Source: Lama guanicoe
Lineage: Eukaryota
Direction: 5' to 3'
Assembly: GCA_013239625.1 (NCBI GenBank)
Contig: MU054925.1
Span: forward strand, 18,409,496 to 18,473,495
Length of the DNA: 64,000 nucleotides
Position numbers and translations under genes: made by a program
The notes under the pieces: model-generated
What the model was told of the DNA's origin: nothing
Seen by the model: only the letters and a program-made list of their open reading frames with translations
The model's database searches: none
Shown: piece by piece, positions 12,169-24,661 of the stretch
Layout: each line of letters begins with the position of its first letter
Numbering within the stretch: the first letter of the stretch is position 1

Positions 12169-12694
12169 CGGCGGCGGCGGCGACGACGAGGACGCGCCGT
12201 GCGCCCTGGAGCAGCGGCCCGACGGCGCCCCGGGCGCGCTCGGCTTCCTGCTGCTGCTGGCCGTGGTGGTGGGCGCCACGCACCTCGTCTACCTCCGCCT
12301 GCTCTTCTTCATCCACGACCGCCGCAAGAACGTGGGCATCCGGCCGGGAGGGCCGGGCCGCCGCGCGCGCCGCCTCCTCGTGCNNNNNNNNNNNNNNNNN
12401 NNNNNNNNNNNNNNNNNNNNNNNNNNNNNNNNNNNNNNNNNNNNNNNNNNNNNNNNNNNNNNNNNNNNNNNNNNNNNNNNNNNNNNNNNNNNNNNNNNNN
12501 NNNNNNNNNNNNNNNNNNNNNNNNNNNNNNNNNNNNNNNNNNNNNNNNNNNNNNNNNNNNNNNNNNNNNNNNNNNNNNNNNNNNNNNNNNNNNNNNNNNN
12601 NNNNNNNNNNNTCCGGGCCCAGTTCCCCTGCTGCCAGAGCCCCCAGGCCACCCAGGCCACCCTGCCCTGCGACCTGAAAGGCATCGGTTTATAA
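11684..12694 (+). CDS. GPR27: G protein-coupled receptor 27 (SREB1), single exon; start codon lies in an N gap, so the start coordinate is estimated
   Basis: Visible frame from 12170 reads GGGGDDEDAPCALEQRPDGAPGALGFLLLLAVVVGATHLVYLRLLFFIHDRRK-N-VGIRPGGPGRRARRLLV [228 N] RAQFPCCQSPQATQATLPCDLKGIGL* (TAA 12692-12694), matching GPR27 ECL2/TM5 and the C-terminus. Start estimated from the ~161 aa N-terminal to the visible block. The 4-bp island tgct at 11793-11796 fits the V-L codons of the TM1 GNVL motif. Confidence 0.93.
   Translation, partial: XXXXXXXXXXXXXXXXXXXXXXXXXXXXXXXXXXXXXXXXXXXXXXXXXXXXXXXXXXXXXXXXXXXXXXXXXXXXXXXXXXXXXXXXXXXXXXXXXXXXXXXXXXXXXXXXXXXXXXXXXXXXXXXXXXXXXXXXXXXXXXXXXXXXXXXXXXXXXXXXXXGGGGDDEDAPCALEQRPDGAPGALGFLLLLAVVVGATHLVYLRLLFFIHDRRKNVGIRPGGPGRRARRLLVXXXXXXXXXXXXXXXXXXXXXXXXXXXXXXXXXXXXXXXXXXXXXXXXXXXXXXXXXXXXXXXXXXXXXXXXXXXXXRAQFPCCQSPQATQATLPCDLKGIGL
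12384..12611. other. Assembly gap (228 N) over GPR27 TM6-TM7
   Basis: Run of N; the reading frame is preserved across it. Confidence 0.99.
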
Positions 12695-14304
12695 GGGGCT
12701 TTCCCGCCATGCGCACTTCAACCCGGCCTTTTCCTTTGGTTTGGACGGTGACGTCGTTCCTCCCTCTTCTGCCCCCTTTTTCATTTTCTAAGCTGCCTTC
12801 AAAACGACTCTCAAAGTGGATAAACACTTGGATTGTACAGACTTCTGCGTGGGGAGAGGGTTTCGAAGTTCCAGCCCCACCCCAGCTCCGCGTGTTCATC
12901 CTCTTTAATGTATTTTCATCTTGACAGTAGGCCCTGCAGTCTCTGTACTGGTACTGATGTCTTACTCCATGTGTTACTCCTATGGTTTGTTTGTTTTGTT
13001 TTGTTTTGTTTTGTTTTTAAATGAAGGCTAAACATTTTCTTCATGCAACCTTTCCTAAAGACCATGGCCAGTTTTCTACAGAAGCTATTTTTGACAACCT
13101 CAAGTGGCATTACATTTTGCGGTGAAGTAGAGGAACCCGGGGGGACTTCACAAGTTCGATTTCTTGAGGGTCTTCTGTTGGAAGCAGGAGAAAGAGGGAA
13201 AGTTGTCTCAAGTTCCCTCTGAAATGCGGGCCGTGCGGTCAGTGGGACTGCTCTCGTTCTTTGAAGGTATTGAGAACTCTGTTCAGTATTGATATTGAGT
13301 TTAAAGAGCAGAAATGGGAGTGAGTAGCAAGGCAGTCACTTCTGATCAGGGACAAGTAAGATTTGTTCCCCACCTTGCTTTATACCACTAGAAAATGCTC
13401 TTTGTACTTTACCAATCTTGAGTGGAAACATTTCTGTAAAATTGCAACTTTTCAAAAGAGTAAAGAGTGTTTTGGTTAGTAATGGTGTGGAGAAAATACA
13501 GTATTGCATGTTTTCGTGAGTACTGATTGTGGTTCAGGGACTGGGAGGGCTCTGAGACGAGCAAATCAAAAGTGTTTGGGTATTTTTTGCCAATAAAAGT
13601 TAAAATAATTTTATGGAAACAGTTTGTGCTTCAAGGAGCCCAGTTTTATTGTCTTACGAAACTCATTTCCACTTTGAAAATTGTTCTTCTTTTGTTCAAG
13701 GTATAGATGGACGGACTATAATGGTACTTGACTACTTTGAGACAAAACATTTCCTTAAAATGTTTGCTAGGTTGAGCTGTGCTGTTCTGCTGGTGGTTGT
13801 TTTAAATTAATAATGAGAACTGTAATTTAAAATAATTATTTCTTTGTTAGACACATTGTCATTAAATTCAAAGACTAAATTCTGCAAGTACTGTATAATT
13901 TTTTTTTTGCTTCTAATGCTACATTTTTTATTAACGTAGCTTCCGTTTTGAGGATTTATATCTGTATTTCTTTTTGCATTATATAAAATACCAGTATTTT
14001 CATTCTGGAGTGGGTTTCTGTTGCTGTGGTTTGAGGCTATGACAGGTAGTAATATATGTGTAAGCAAGGTAGTCATGTTCTGTTACCCTTTCAGTGCATG
14101 CTGTTTAGTTGACCATCAGAATTTCTAAGACATTTGAGGCTTGTTAATCTAAAGTGCAAGATAAAAATCTGCAAATCTTTTTAAAGGGAAGAAGTGGTAG
14201 ATATATATACTGCTTTAAAACTGTTTTTTTATGAACATAGAAAACATGAGTGTGAGCAAAGTAATCATTTTGATAAAATAATCATTAAAAATGGGTGCAA
14301 TAAA
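12695..14304 (+). other. GPR27: Probable GPR27 3' UTR with candidate poly(A) signals (AATAAA 13592-13597 and 14299-14304; variant TATAAA ~13982)
   Basis: AT-rich sequence with no obvious interspersed repeats after the stop codon. The 3' end cannot be determined from sequence alone. Confidence 0.45.
12987..13017 (+). repeat. (TTTTG)n microsatellite
   Basis: tttgtttgttttgttttgttttgttttgttttt. Confidence 0.9.
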
Positions 14305-15727
14305 TATACTGAAATTTGAGTTGGGCATAATACAAAGTATTTAATGTTCAGTCCAAGATGGGTAGGTCATAATAAGAGGGGGTGGCTAAATCATCTCAGG
14401 TGAAATGGCCAGCATCATTTTATTTTGTCTGTAAAAGTCATTCAGTCTATGCAGACAGTCTCAAATTTGGAAAATATGAGTAACTCTTAGTTTTAGCCTG
14501 TTTCTCCCCAGGTTATAAGACCAGGTAGACATCCATTATCAAAGGGCCATTTATCAGAAATCTCAGCTAATCTAAAGACAAAGAGGCCCAGGAAGTAAAT
14601 CTCTCTTCCTCTAACCTCTCATCCACCCAAGTGATCCAAGTGCAAAAAACAGAAGTCACTGAGCCCGTATGATCTTCAGAATTCTGAGCACCTGCCATGA
14701 CACAGGAACCAAGTCATCAGGGCTAATTCCTGTGCAACTTCAGCCTTAGGCAGTAGGTCAAGGGCACAGAGATAGCCTCTGGGCTCTATGTGGCCTTGAG
14801 TTCACAGATACTTTTCCATAGGAGAATCCATAAGCCAGTGATTCTCGAATTTTAACATTCATAACAACTATCACCTTAAGTACTTGCAGGGTCCAGAGGT
14901 TCTTATTAGAAGGAGTTGGGGCGGGACCCAGGAAAGAGCATCTTCAACAAGTTCAGAAGTTGGAGGCACACTCCAGGCCTTTGCTCAAACCCGATTTACT
15001 CAGACACCACGTGTACACACTTGGTGATCTGGGTTTGTCTTGCTTTGTTCTGATTGGATGGGAGGTTTCTAATGAGAATTCGGGTGATGAGTAATGAGAA
15101 ATGACAGGCAACTGTAAAGGAAAAAGAAAAGAACCAAGAGAGGCAGGGAAACAAGCCGTCCAGGGGAATTCTGTGTAGGAGCAAAATCCCCTCACACCTC
15201 AATAGTTTTTTGCCCAATGAATGTATTAACCTGTACTTTGTTAACTATATTAATAAAAAAAATCAAGAAAAAGTTAGCTGTGTTGCAGAATACTCTAGTT
15301 GTTGTACCAGGACAGGTACAATGTATTTGGGGAAGACTTCCATTAAAATTGCTCATTTTGTTTATTTGGGAAACTATTTTAGCACAATCTCTCCTCCTCC
15401 TCCCCAAGTGAGATAAATGAATTGTGTCTATACCTGAAGCAACAGAAAATAGATTGCTTGTCTATAAATCTTTGTCTGCATGTCTTAGCATGGGATTACT
15501 GGGTCTAAAATGAACATTTTTAAGTCTTTTGATACTGTTATGTCAAATTGCTTTGCAGAAAGACTTACATCTGCTTACTTTTCCACCTGGCTATGTTCTT
15601 TTTTTTTTTTTAAATGAAGTAAGTGGGGAAGCAAATAACAAATCAATAACCACAATGATAAATAATAATCTCCATATCCACTGTTCAGCCTTGCCAAGTC
15701 TTGTCAGTCTTGCCATATTGGTCTCTA

Positions 15728-15881
15728 CCTTTCTTTCCTTTTCTCATCTTTTCTTTTCCTTTTCCTTTCTTCCCCATTTCCTTTCCTTTCTTTCCATCTT
15801 CCCTCTCTTCTTTCTTCCCTTCCTAATTTCCCATCCTCCCTTTCCTTCCCTTTTCCTTCCTTCCTTTCTTTCTCTCTCTTT
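15728..15881 (+). repeat. Polypyrimidine (CT-rich) low-complexity tract
   Basis: About 150 bp almost entirely C/T. Confidence 0.85.
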
Positions 15882-17785
15882 AAAAGAAAGAAAACAGGAC
15901 ACAGTGATTTCTGCCAAGTCTTTGGTTTCACCATCAACCATTTGTGTTCTCAAGTGCCCTGCCCCAAAGGACAGGGTCCTAGGTCCTGGGGCTGAGTCAG
16001 GATGGATCACAGGGCTGGTGAGACTGGCTCTACCCTTCACCGTCTTTCCAAGGCCCGTAGGCTCAAATGCAAATTTCTGGTCTGCCACAGAAGCCTTTCG
16101 TGGTCCAGCCCCTCCACCAGCCTGGCTTCATCCTCCCCTAGGATTTCCATCTCTCCCTGCTCTGATTACCTTTGTATAAGCTCTCCCAGGAAAGCCCATC
16201 CCCCTTCTCTGCCTGGGAATCCCTCACCAATTCCTCTAGAGCAGAGGCAATATTCACAATATTTAGTAACTGGGGTGGAATGGGCATAACTAACCTGTAT
16301 AGCCCTATGCCTTGGTTTTGGTTGGACTAAGATCCCAGACTTCTGGAACCCTTCTTGGCCCAGTCACCCCCTCCTCTGGTGCATTGTGTTTATCTTCCTG
16401 AATCCTAGTGCCTGCCTGGGCTCCTGCCTCCCTCACGGGTCTCACCTCCTCCCACTTACTTCTCTGGTCTTGTGCTCCAGCCACTCCAAGTCACTGGCAG
16501 GGCCCTGAACAGATCATACTGGGTCACACCAACATGCTTTTGCATGTATTGTTCCTTGTGTCCAAAGTCCCTCACTCCCTCTTTCCCCAGCTCAACTACA
16601 GGTAAGCTTGCAGACATATGGGGTGAACTCTTAGACATACAGGGTAAACTAGCCTCTACACAGACGGGGCAACTGTCCTAGTGCAGGTCCTGCAATATTT
16701 TCAAGTGTCCAAACACAGGCATTAGATCTGATTGCTATGGTGAGCTGAGTAGCAGGCTTACTGTCTTACTGGCATTTCAGGTTGTCTGTGAGTGGAGGTG
16801 CCTGGGGTTATAAAACTCAGCAGACCCAAAATACCGTTCTCCATTCACGTGGTAGACTTGTCACTCTGTGGGACCCTCCAAGACCACTGAACTTCAGGAT
16901 CTGCCTCTGTGATGGGCAAAAAAACATAATGGGAAACTCTCTCCACCCATCCACATTCTAAACCCGTATCAGTATCCTTGCACTATTTATTAGCTGTTTC
17001 TGGAGTAAAGAGAATTAAAAGCAAACTTGACCTGAGTCCAAGGGGTTCTTTATGCTTTTTCTCCAACTTGGACAAGACTTTTGGGGTCTAACCAAGCCCA
17101 TGAACAGAGCCCGCTTACCCTCCCTTTTCCTTCTTTTTGAGATATTTTTGATGAGGATGTGATACTTGGAGCCACAGCAGCCATTTTGCAACCATGAGAA
17201 GAGATACTATCAACACTGCGAAAATAGCAGGTTAGAAAGATAAAAAGAGCAAACATCTATTTTAACACTGTTGAGCAGCTTACCCAAACAATCAACCTCA
17301 TTATCTCTAGACTTTAGATTTCTGGTTTTGAAATAAAAACTGCTATTGCTTCAGGCACTAATATTCAAAAAGCCTGTTATTTGAAGTAACAATTAACTGC
17401 AGCAATACTTAAAATGACTCCATCCTCTCCATTCCCTTGATAGCTACGCCTGATACCCTGGAACTGCATACACAAATTCTTAAAAATTAGACTTACTTAA
17501 TTCACTTTTCCCAACTATCAGGTCATTTCAGCCTGCTGTTAAGTGTTAGATCAACCTGGCTCTGGGAAAAATAATAGATTTGACTTGATTTCTTAGATTG
17601 AAATAAATCTGAAAGATGAAAAAATACTTATTACAAAGCCTGTTCTATTTAGTTGCACTTTATTAACCCTGTTATCATGATCAGTGCATTTTTAAGCTTT
17701 TGAGATAGTAAAATTTAGTTAAAGGAATCTGGAAACCCACCTGAATGAATCCATCTAATTCATAGGTACTGTGACTGAGTAAGAG

Positions 17786-17986
17786 GCCAGTTTCTCAGTT
17801 TCTTCTGCATAGCACAGGGAACTATGTTCAATAGTATAATAACCTTTAATGAAAAAGAATATGAAAATGGATATATGTATGTATATGCATGACTGGGATA
17901 TTGTGCTGTGCACCAGAAATTAACACCTTGCAACTGACTGTACTTCAATTAAAAGAGAAGGAAAAAAAAACAAACAGCCAGTTTCT
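17786..17986 (+). mobile_element. Short 5'-truncated lineage-specific L1 3' end with a 10-bp TSD
   Basis: atagcacagggaactatgttcaat...gaaaaagaatatg...caccagaaattaacac...gactgtacttcaatt plus an A tail. TSD gccagtttct at 17786-17795 and 17977-17986. Confidence 0.88.
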
Positions 17987-20900
17987 GTGTTGGGCAGTGC
18001 AGGGAACACAGGGATAAGGGAGGTCCAGCTCCCTTGCTAATGAGTTTGCAAGCTAATTGGAAAAACCTGGCAAACGTACCCCAAGCCAAAAATCAAGGCA
18101 GAATATGATATATGCCTGAAGGGAGATCTAGATAAAGAGCTCAAGATGAGGAGAGCACATATCACAGTCCATTTCCTCGAAAGGGCTCTAGGCAGCCTAT
18201 CTCCAGTTGCCCAACAGAGGGAACAGGAAAAACCAGCAGACGGAACAAGATCTGTCCAGGTTCCTATCTTCCCCCTCCTGGATTCTTAGATTTTTCTTCT
18301 GACTACCCATTCTCCTTACTCTGGGCTCAATTTTCAAAATTAAGTTTTCTAAGCGAAATAAAACCACCCAATTCTCTCTTCAAAGTTTTCGGCTCCGGTT
18401 CCATGCAAATGCTCAATTGCCAGTAAGGGATGTGGTCATATTAACAGAAAAAGTTCATTATATGAGATCTTTTTGCAGCAAGAGCCAGCAAATTAAATTA
18501 GCAATGTCAGAAACGGATAGAAATCAAACAGGTAGCTCTCAAGAAGACTGCTTCCCTCTCCTCCCAAAGGAAGGGGGAGTAGCAGGCTTCCACTCCAGAA
18601 AAGGCTGCTTTGTGCTTTTGCTCCAGGGGAAAGAAGTCTTAGTAGGTAATCATCCCACCCTGTATCCCGGTTGCAGGCATTTAAGACAAACGGCTTGAAA
18701 TTTATATCTGAAAGCCTGAAGACTCGAAGCCGCTCCAAATTACATAGAGAAAACACACGCAAATGTTTTAAGTTGCAGTGTCAAGGCGTAAATGCAATTC
18801 TCTTATTTCTCAGTAACATTAGAGACAGGTAAATTAAAGCTACTACCACCTGGCTTCTAGGAGGAATAATTTAGTCATTTATAAACTAAGTTGTAAGTGG
18901 CCAGACTACTCTAGATGGAGAACATGTAAACTGGTAGGAAAATGTATATCTAAAAATAGCACCTGATACATTTATATTACCTAAATTATGCCAGTCTGTG
19001 TAGTTTTCTAGGATGGAAATCTGATTTTCTGCCAGGATGGAATATTTAAGAAGTACACACGGTTTTTTGGTTAGAACCTGTGATGGAACTTGGAAGTTTC
19101 AATAAATGGTTTCATTTTCTTGAAGATACACAGATGGGCTGTAATTTTGAAAGGCTTTGAAAAATTATTAAAGTTTCAATGCCGACTTAATACATGCTTT
19201 ATTAAAATATTCTCCAGAGATCGTGAAATTTAAAATGCATGAGATGAAATTTTTCCTTGTCTTTTTTTAACATATTTTTTCCTTTTATTCCCCCATATCT
19301 TTTCCTCACATAGTTCCTAGTACTGACCAATTTGCATCGCAATATATTTAGAAGAGAAAAAAGTGGGGAATAGGAAAGAAACCCTGTCACAGGTATTCAT
19401 CTGGGAGAGTGATATACTAAAGAGTATAAATGTACAGTGTGTCATTCTTTTAACCCACAGTCACGATCAGTTTAATTTGCATATCCATCTTGAGGAATTA
19501 TGGGAGACCCAGAGCTATTTCTAGGATTTCATTTGCATAACTGTTCTAATCTTTTATGAGTAGGGTGACATGTGGTCTGACAAAAGATTTTATTTTAATT
19601 GGTAAGTTACTTTGTAAGTTTTCTAAAGATATTAGAATTAAACACCTTTAGATATATATTTAATTCCTGCCTCTATTGAAAGGAACACAATTATACAATA
19701 GCATGATTAGCTTTCTGCTAATGGCATGTTACTTTTCTTTTTGCTAGTAGGAAAAACAGCTTTGTTCACTGAAAGTTTGTCATTCAAAGTTTTTTCTTTT
19801 GTTTTTCTAGCACCGTGTGGTGCAATTAAAATTCACTTAAACATCATAAGAAAACGTATGGTGGTTATGAGCCTTAGTGACTTCCCGTCTCCAGAATTTC
19901 TTAATTCGTGGGTTTGAGTTTGGAATAGTGGCAGCAAGAAATGTACACATTTTCTTAGCCTCTGGATTATTATCGTTCTGGTGACCAAAGTATGTAAGTG
20001 AGTCTAACCATTTCCGGTTTGAAGACTCTTCTTCCATTTGGCTATCAATTTCTCATTAAGATATTCTTCCAAGACGGTGATAAAGATGAAAACTCCACTT
20101 TGGATGTTTTAACACTGACCGCTCTCCAGCCGCACATTCTTCTTTCCTTTTGAACCCAAGCCCGGGTGAGCCAGCCCCAGCAGGGAGGAACTCTCACCTG
20201 GGCCCTGCCTCCCGGCTACAGCAAAGACTAAAACCAACCAAACTGGCTCGCTGCTGCCACTTTGGCCTGACTTGCGCCTGCCGTATTCTCACTAGACAAT
20301 CCCATGGCCTGAGTCCTGACTCTTGTCACATCCTCCCTGTGTGTGTGGCATCATTAGTCCCAACATCCAAACCAATTCTGGAAGGGGGGAGTTGACCCCA
20401 CCACCTTCTGCGAGGCAACCAGTAAACTGGAACACAAAAATAAAGTTTTTAAGATCACAGAATGAAGTATTAAGTGTAACAAAATGATGCACGTTTGAAA
20501 AGAATGATTCTATTTGTACTGAGTAGGGTACAAGTGGAAATGTTTTAACAGAGCCCTGGAATCAGAGTGGCTGTTTCTCTGGGCTTTTGGGTGGCGGCTT
20601 CAGGAGGTCATTCAGTGTGACCCAGCTGGTGGGTCCACTCTACTACCTTTCCCAAGTGCCTTCTCTCTGGATCCAAAGTAGCCGGGTTCACTGCTGCCCA
20701 CTATTGGAGAGGAAGGGGAGTGCAACTTACTTTTTTAAGCAAGGGAGGCAGATCACTTCTGCCCACATTCCGTTGCTAAGAACTAAGTCAGATGTCACAT
20801 CTGGCTAAGGGCTGCTGGTGAATGCAGTCTCTAGACGTCTGGATGTGTGGTCATGTGCCCAGTGAAAACCTCTTGAGGGAGGGGCAGGGATAGAGAGAGA

Positions 20901-21292
20901 AGGAGCAGAGAGAGGAGAGAGGATGGAGGAGGGAGGAAAAAGAGAGAGAATGTGAGAATGAATGAATGAATTGTGGAAGACAACTGGAGGCTACCAATCA
21001 TGCCTTCCATTCAGGGATTTTCTTCTTCCTCAACGAATCCAGGAAAATTAACAGAGAACATTAACATGAGCTGTCCAAAGGACTAATGATTGCAGACAAC
21101 ATTTAACTCCCCAGAACTCAATCCCATAGCTAGCAATATTTTTCTGTAAGCCTCTTACTTTAAGCAGCAAATATTTTCTTTTAAAATTTTATATGAGTAA
21201 ATATTGATTCCTATGTGCACATCCTGCGCCTGAAAAATCCTGCTCCTCCACTTCAAACTCCAACTTGGGATTTCAAAAATATATCCCAAGGT

Positions 21293-22305
21293 GCAAATGA
21301 TGCGACTGGCAAGGGATTAATTTTCAAAATATACAAACAGCTCATACACCTTAGTTAAAAAAAAAAAGGNNNNNNNNNNNNNNNNNNNNNNNNNNNNNNN
21401 NNNNNNNNNNNNNNNNNNNNNNNNNNNNNNNNNNNNNNNNNNNNNNNNNNNNNNNNNNNNNNNNNNNNNNNNNNNNNNNNNNNNNNNNNNNNNNNNNNNN
21501 NNNNNNNNNNNNNNNNNNNNNNNNNNNNNNNNNNNNNNAAGTCCATGAATGATAAATGCTCGAGAGGGTGNNNNNNNNNNNNNNNNNNNNNNNNNNNNNN
21601 NNNNNNNNNNNNNNNNNNNNNNNNNNNNNNNNNNNNNNNNNNNNNNNNNNNNNNNNNNNNNNNNNNNNNNNNNNNNNNNNNNNNNNNNNNNNNNNNNNNN
21701 NNNNNNNNNNNNNNNAAACCTCTAATTCGAAAAGACACACACACCCCAATGTTCACAGCAGCACTATTTACAACAGTCAAGGCATGGAAACAACTTAATG
21801 TCCATCAACAGATGACTGGAGAAAGAAGTTGTGATACACACACACACACACACACTATTCAGCTATACAAAAAAAAGAACGAAGTAATGCCATTCATAAC
21901 AACATGGATGGATCTAGAGATTATCATACTAAGTGAAGTAAGTCAGACAGAGAAAGACAAATACCATATGATATCACTTATATGTGGAATCTTAAAAATA
22001 TGATACAAATGCACTTATTTACAAAACAGAAAGAGAGTCACAGACATAGAAAACAAACTTCCTGTTTCCAAAGGGGAAGGGGGAAGGGGATAAATTAGGA
22101 GTTTGGGATTAACAGATACAAACTATTATATATAAAACAGATAAACAACAAGGTCCTAACATATAGCACAGGGAACTACATTCAATATCTTTTAATAACC
22201 TATAATGAAAAAGAATACATCCATGTATAACTGAATCACTATGCTGTACACCAGAAATTAACCCAACATTGCAAATCAACTAAACTTCAATTTAAAAAAA
22301 AAAAA
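21293..22305 (+). mobile_element. Lineage-specific L1 3' portion (ORF2 C-terminus, 3' UTR, poly(A)); two internal N gaps (21370-21538, 21571-21715)
   Basis: TPMFTAALFT...WMDLEIIILSEVSQTEKDKYHMISLICGI is the L1 ORF2p C-terminus, followed by a cetartiodactyl/camelid-type 3' UTR and an A tail. Confidence 0.93.
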
Positions 22306-23269
22306 GGTCCATTTCAGTTTGGTCCATAGCTTCTGGCATAAGATCTAATTCTGCCTTAGAAAGGATGTAATCCATTCACATTATTTACATCAAACTAGAC
22401 TGCTGACTTCGTATTTCTTGTGTAAATTCTCACTTTGCCTTACTTTTAGAAATTCTGGCCTATGAAACCCCAACTTCAGTGAGAGACCATCCTGGGGACT
22501 AGAAGAAACAGCACCACCATCCCGACAGGGCAAGACTTTCTGTGCTTTGCATAGAATTATTTAAAGACTCTCCATGAAGCATGATTACAAGTTTTTTCGA
22601 AACACTTATTTGGAAAGGTGCCAACTTTGCTAATGAGTTAAAAAATAACAACCAAAGAGAACTGTGAACTCCTCAGTGAAAATAAGAACCAAGGGGAGAT
22701 GTAGCAAATGGCAAAGTTCTGTTTTTCTTTGAATGGTAGTGGGTTGGTAGGTACAATTCTAAGTTTTCTATGCAGACTCCACGGTGGTTCTTTTGGCTGT
22801 GTACAAGTCGTCTATGTTTTTAGGTAGTGCTATACATAAAAGCAAAATTTTATAAAAGTTGGTTATTTGTCTTTTAACCTGGGGAAAAGTGGATGGTTGA
22901 CCCAATCAAGTTTTCACCATTTATGAAAAAGGACGTGTTGATGATGTGAAAACAACACTGAGCAAAACTGATGTGCGTGTTACTGTCCTTGTAATTTCAC
23001 TTGAGCTCTGTTTTTGTTTTCAGCAAACTCACTGAGGAATGTTTAACAGCAAACTAAACAGAAGCAAAAATTAGCCTTCTATGACCAAGTATGATACTTA
23101 GTTCCGCAAAACCCCCTACCTACATCCCTGGGACACGTTACCCGAGGGGGAAAGTCACACGGAATGTACAGCTGTAAGCCCTGGCTGGGTAAATGGCTAC
23201 AAAGTGGACAGATGTTTCTGCAACGGTCGGCAAGGCCACTGTTACGCAGTTGAACAATTTCAGAAGTTG

Positions 23270-24661
23270 TTTATTTGCAATGATGAATCCATTTACAATA
23301 CTTGGCGGGTTTCTCCAGGCCGGGCTCCATCAGCATCGCCGCGGGGCCGGCCCCTAGCACCCTGCCTACCCGCCCGCCATCAGCAGCCCCCTCCTATCTG
23401 CTCAATCAGCACAGTGAAACCCCACGAGTCCACTCCCGATGACAGTCAGTTTTGTATGTCATCATCTCCCTTCATGCTCCAAAACCCCACCGATTGACAC
23501 GTTATTTATCGTACTACCTTAAAATTCATGCAAACACAACTTTCCTGTGTGTAAAGTGAAAACGGACACACCGTTCGTGCTGGGTTACCCATTTTGGAGT
23601 CTTGACCCATTTTTGAACGTGGGCTAGACAGAAATCCGCTCGTAATAAAAACTGACAACTGTGACAAAAATAAGGATATAATATTAAAAATAAATCAAAT
23701 GATATACAATACTGTCCTTATTCTGATACAGAATTTTTACACGGCAATATTGGTAAGGATACAAATGGCAGGATGTCAGGCAACGCATTACAACAGACCT
23801 TTGGGTTACAGATAAAGTTTAAATAACAACTTAATACTGATTTAAAAATGGCAACTAGTGTTATGCCAGATTAAAATCAATACTTCCTTTTCAAGTAACA
23901 TTTTCTGGAACACCTCTAACTATGAGACTTTTGTAAAAAAAAAAAAACCTTTATAAAAAGAGAAAGAAACAAATGCAATATTGTATTGGCAGTCTCAGAA
24001 AAAAAAATCCCGAAGGCTCAGAAGCACCCCAACCTCAACGCCACATAAGACAAGTCTGGGGTGTCTGGTCCAGTGACACATTCTTTTCACTGTTTAAGTA
24101 TCAGGCAAAAAAGCTTGATTCTCATCAGTGATTCTGCCAACAAAGTAAAGAATACGGACCACCCCATTTTAAAATGCTGGAAGGTCAGGGAGGGAAATGG
24201 TGAAGGATAAAATGAAGGTCTTAAAATTCTTTGAGGAGTGAGGAGTGAGTAGAAGAGACCAAGGGGCACGTGGGCACGTGTGCATGCGGTGAGGCAGGGC
24301 GGGGGAAGAGAGTGCTGAAGGAAAAAAAAAGTTTCTAAGACAAAACATCAAATTCCCATTCTCCTCACTTTTGTGAAGATGGGTGAGTTACTGGGGTTAG
24401 AAAAAGCCAAACCAAACCAAAACACCAACAGGGGAATGAGAACTGCTTCCATAATGCCCTGCATTTTACATTTCTATCCAAATCATAAGTCTTCTTTCAG
24501 TTCAAAAAATCATTTACAAATCAAAGAGAGATATGTTACTTGGAAAGTTGAGGAAGCAACTGCATCTCTTTCTGGCATTTAAACAAATGTTTGGCACAAT
24601 CACAAGAGACTTCATGTACATCACGTGGCTGTTCATATTTCAAGTTTCTGCCCCCAAGTGA
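23270..24661 (-). other. PROK2: PROK2 3' UTR (AU-rich); candidate AATAAA at 23270-23275 on the minus strand
   Basis: Follows the PROK2 stop codon and resembles the recalled human PROK2 3' UTR (e.g. gtgaaaagaatgtgtcactggaccagac). The distal end is uncertain. Confidence 0.6.

Larger units (their letters stand above)
11050..12720. promoter_or_regulatory. CpG island covering the GPR27 promoter, 5' UTR and CDS; probably bidirectional with EIF4E3 alternative first exons
   Basis: Very high GC and CpG density with (GGC)n runs at ~11260-11385. Human synteny (recalled) places antisense EIF4E3 non-coding first exons here. Confidence 0.9.

Noticed and set aside
10868-12924. Long ORFs (360-482 aa) on both strands around the CpG island
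   Set aside because: Products of GC-rich, stop-poor DNA and read-through of N runs. Only the frame ending at 12694 matches GPR27.
15529-16179. 216-aa hydrophobic ORF
   Set aside because: Its F/L/S/P richness comes from a CT-rich simple repeat; non-ATG start and no homology recognised.
24169-24351. Minus-strand ORF containing RMHTCP, resembling PROK2 RMHHTCPC (a duplicated exon 4?)
   Set aside because: The similarity covers only 6 residues, lacks the flanking cysteine pattern and lies in the 3' UTR. The true exon 4 is at 24662-24766.
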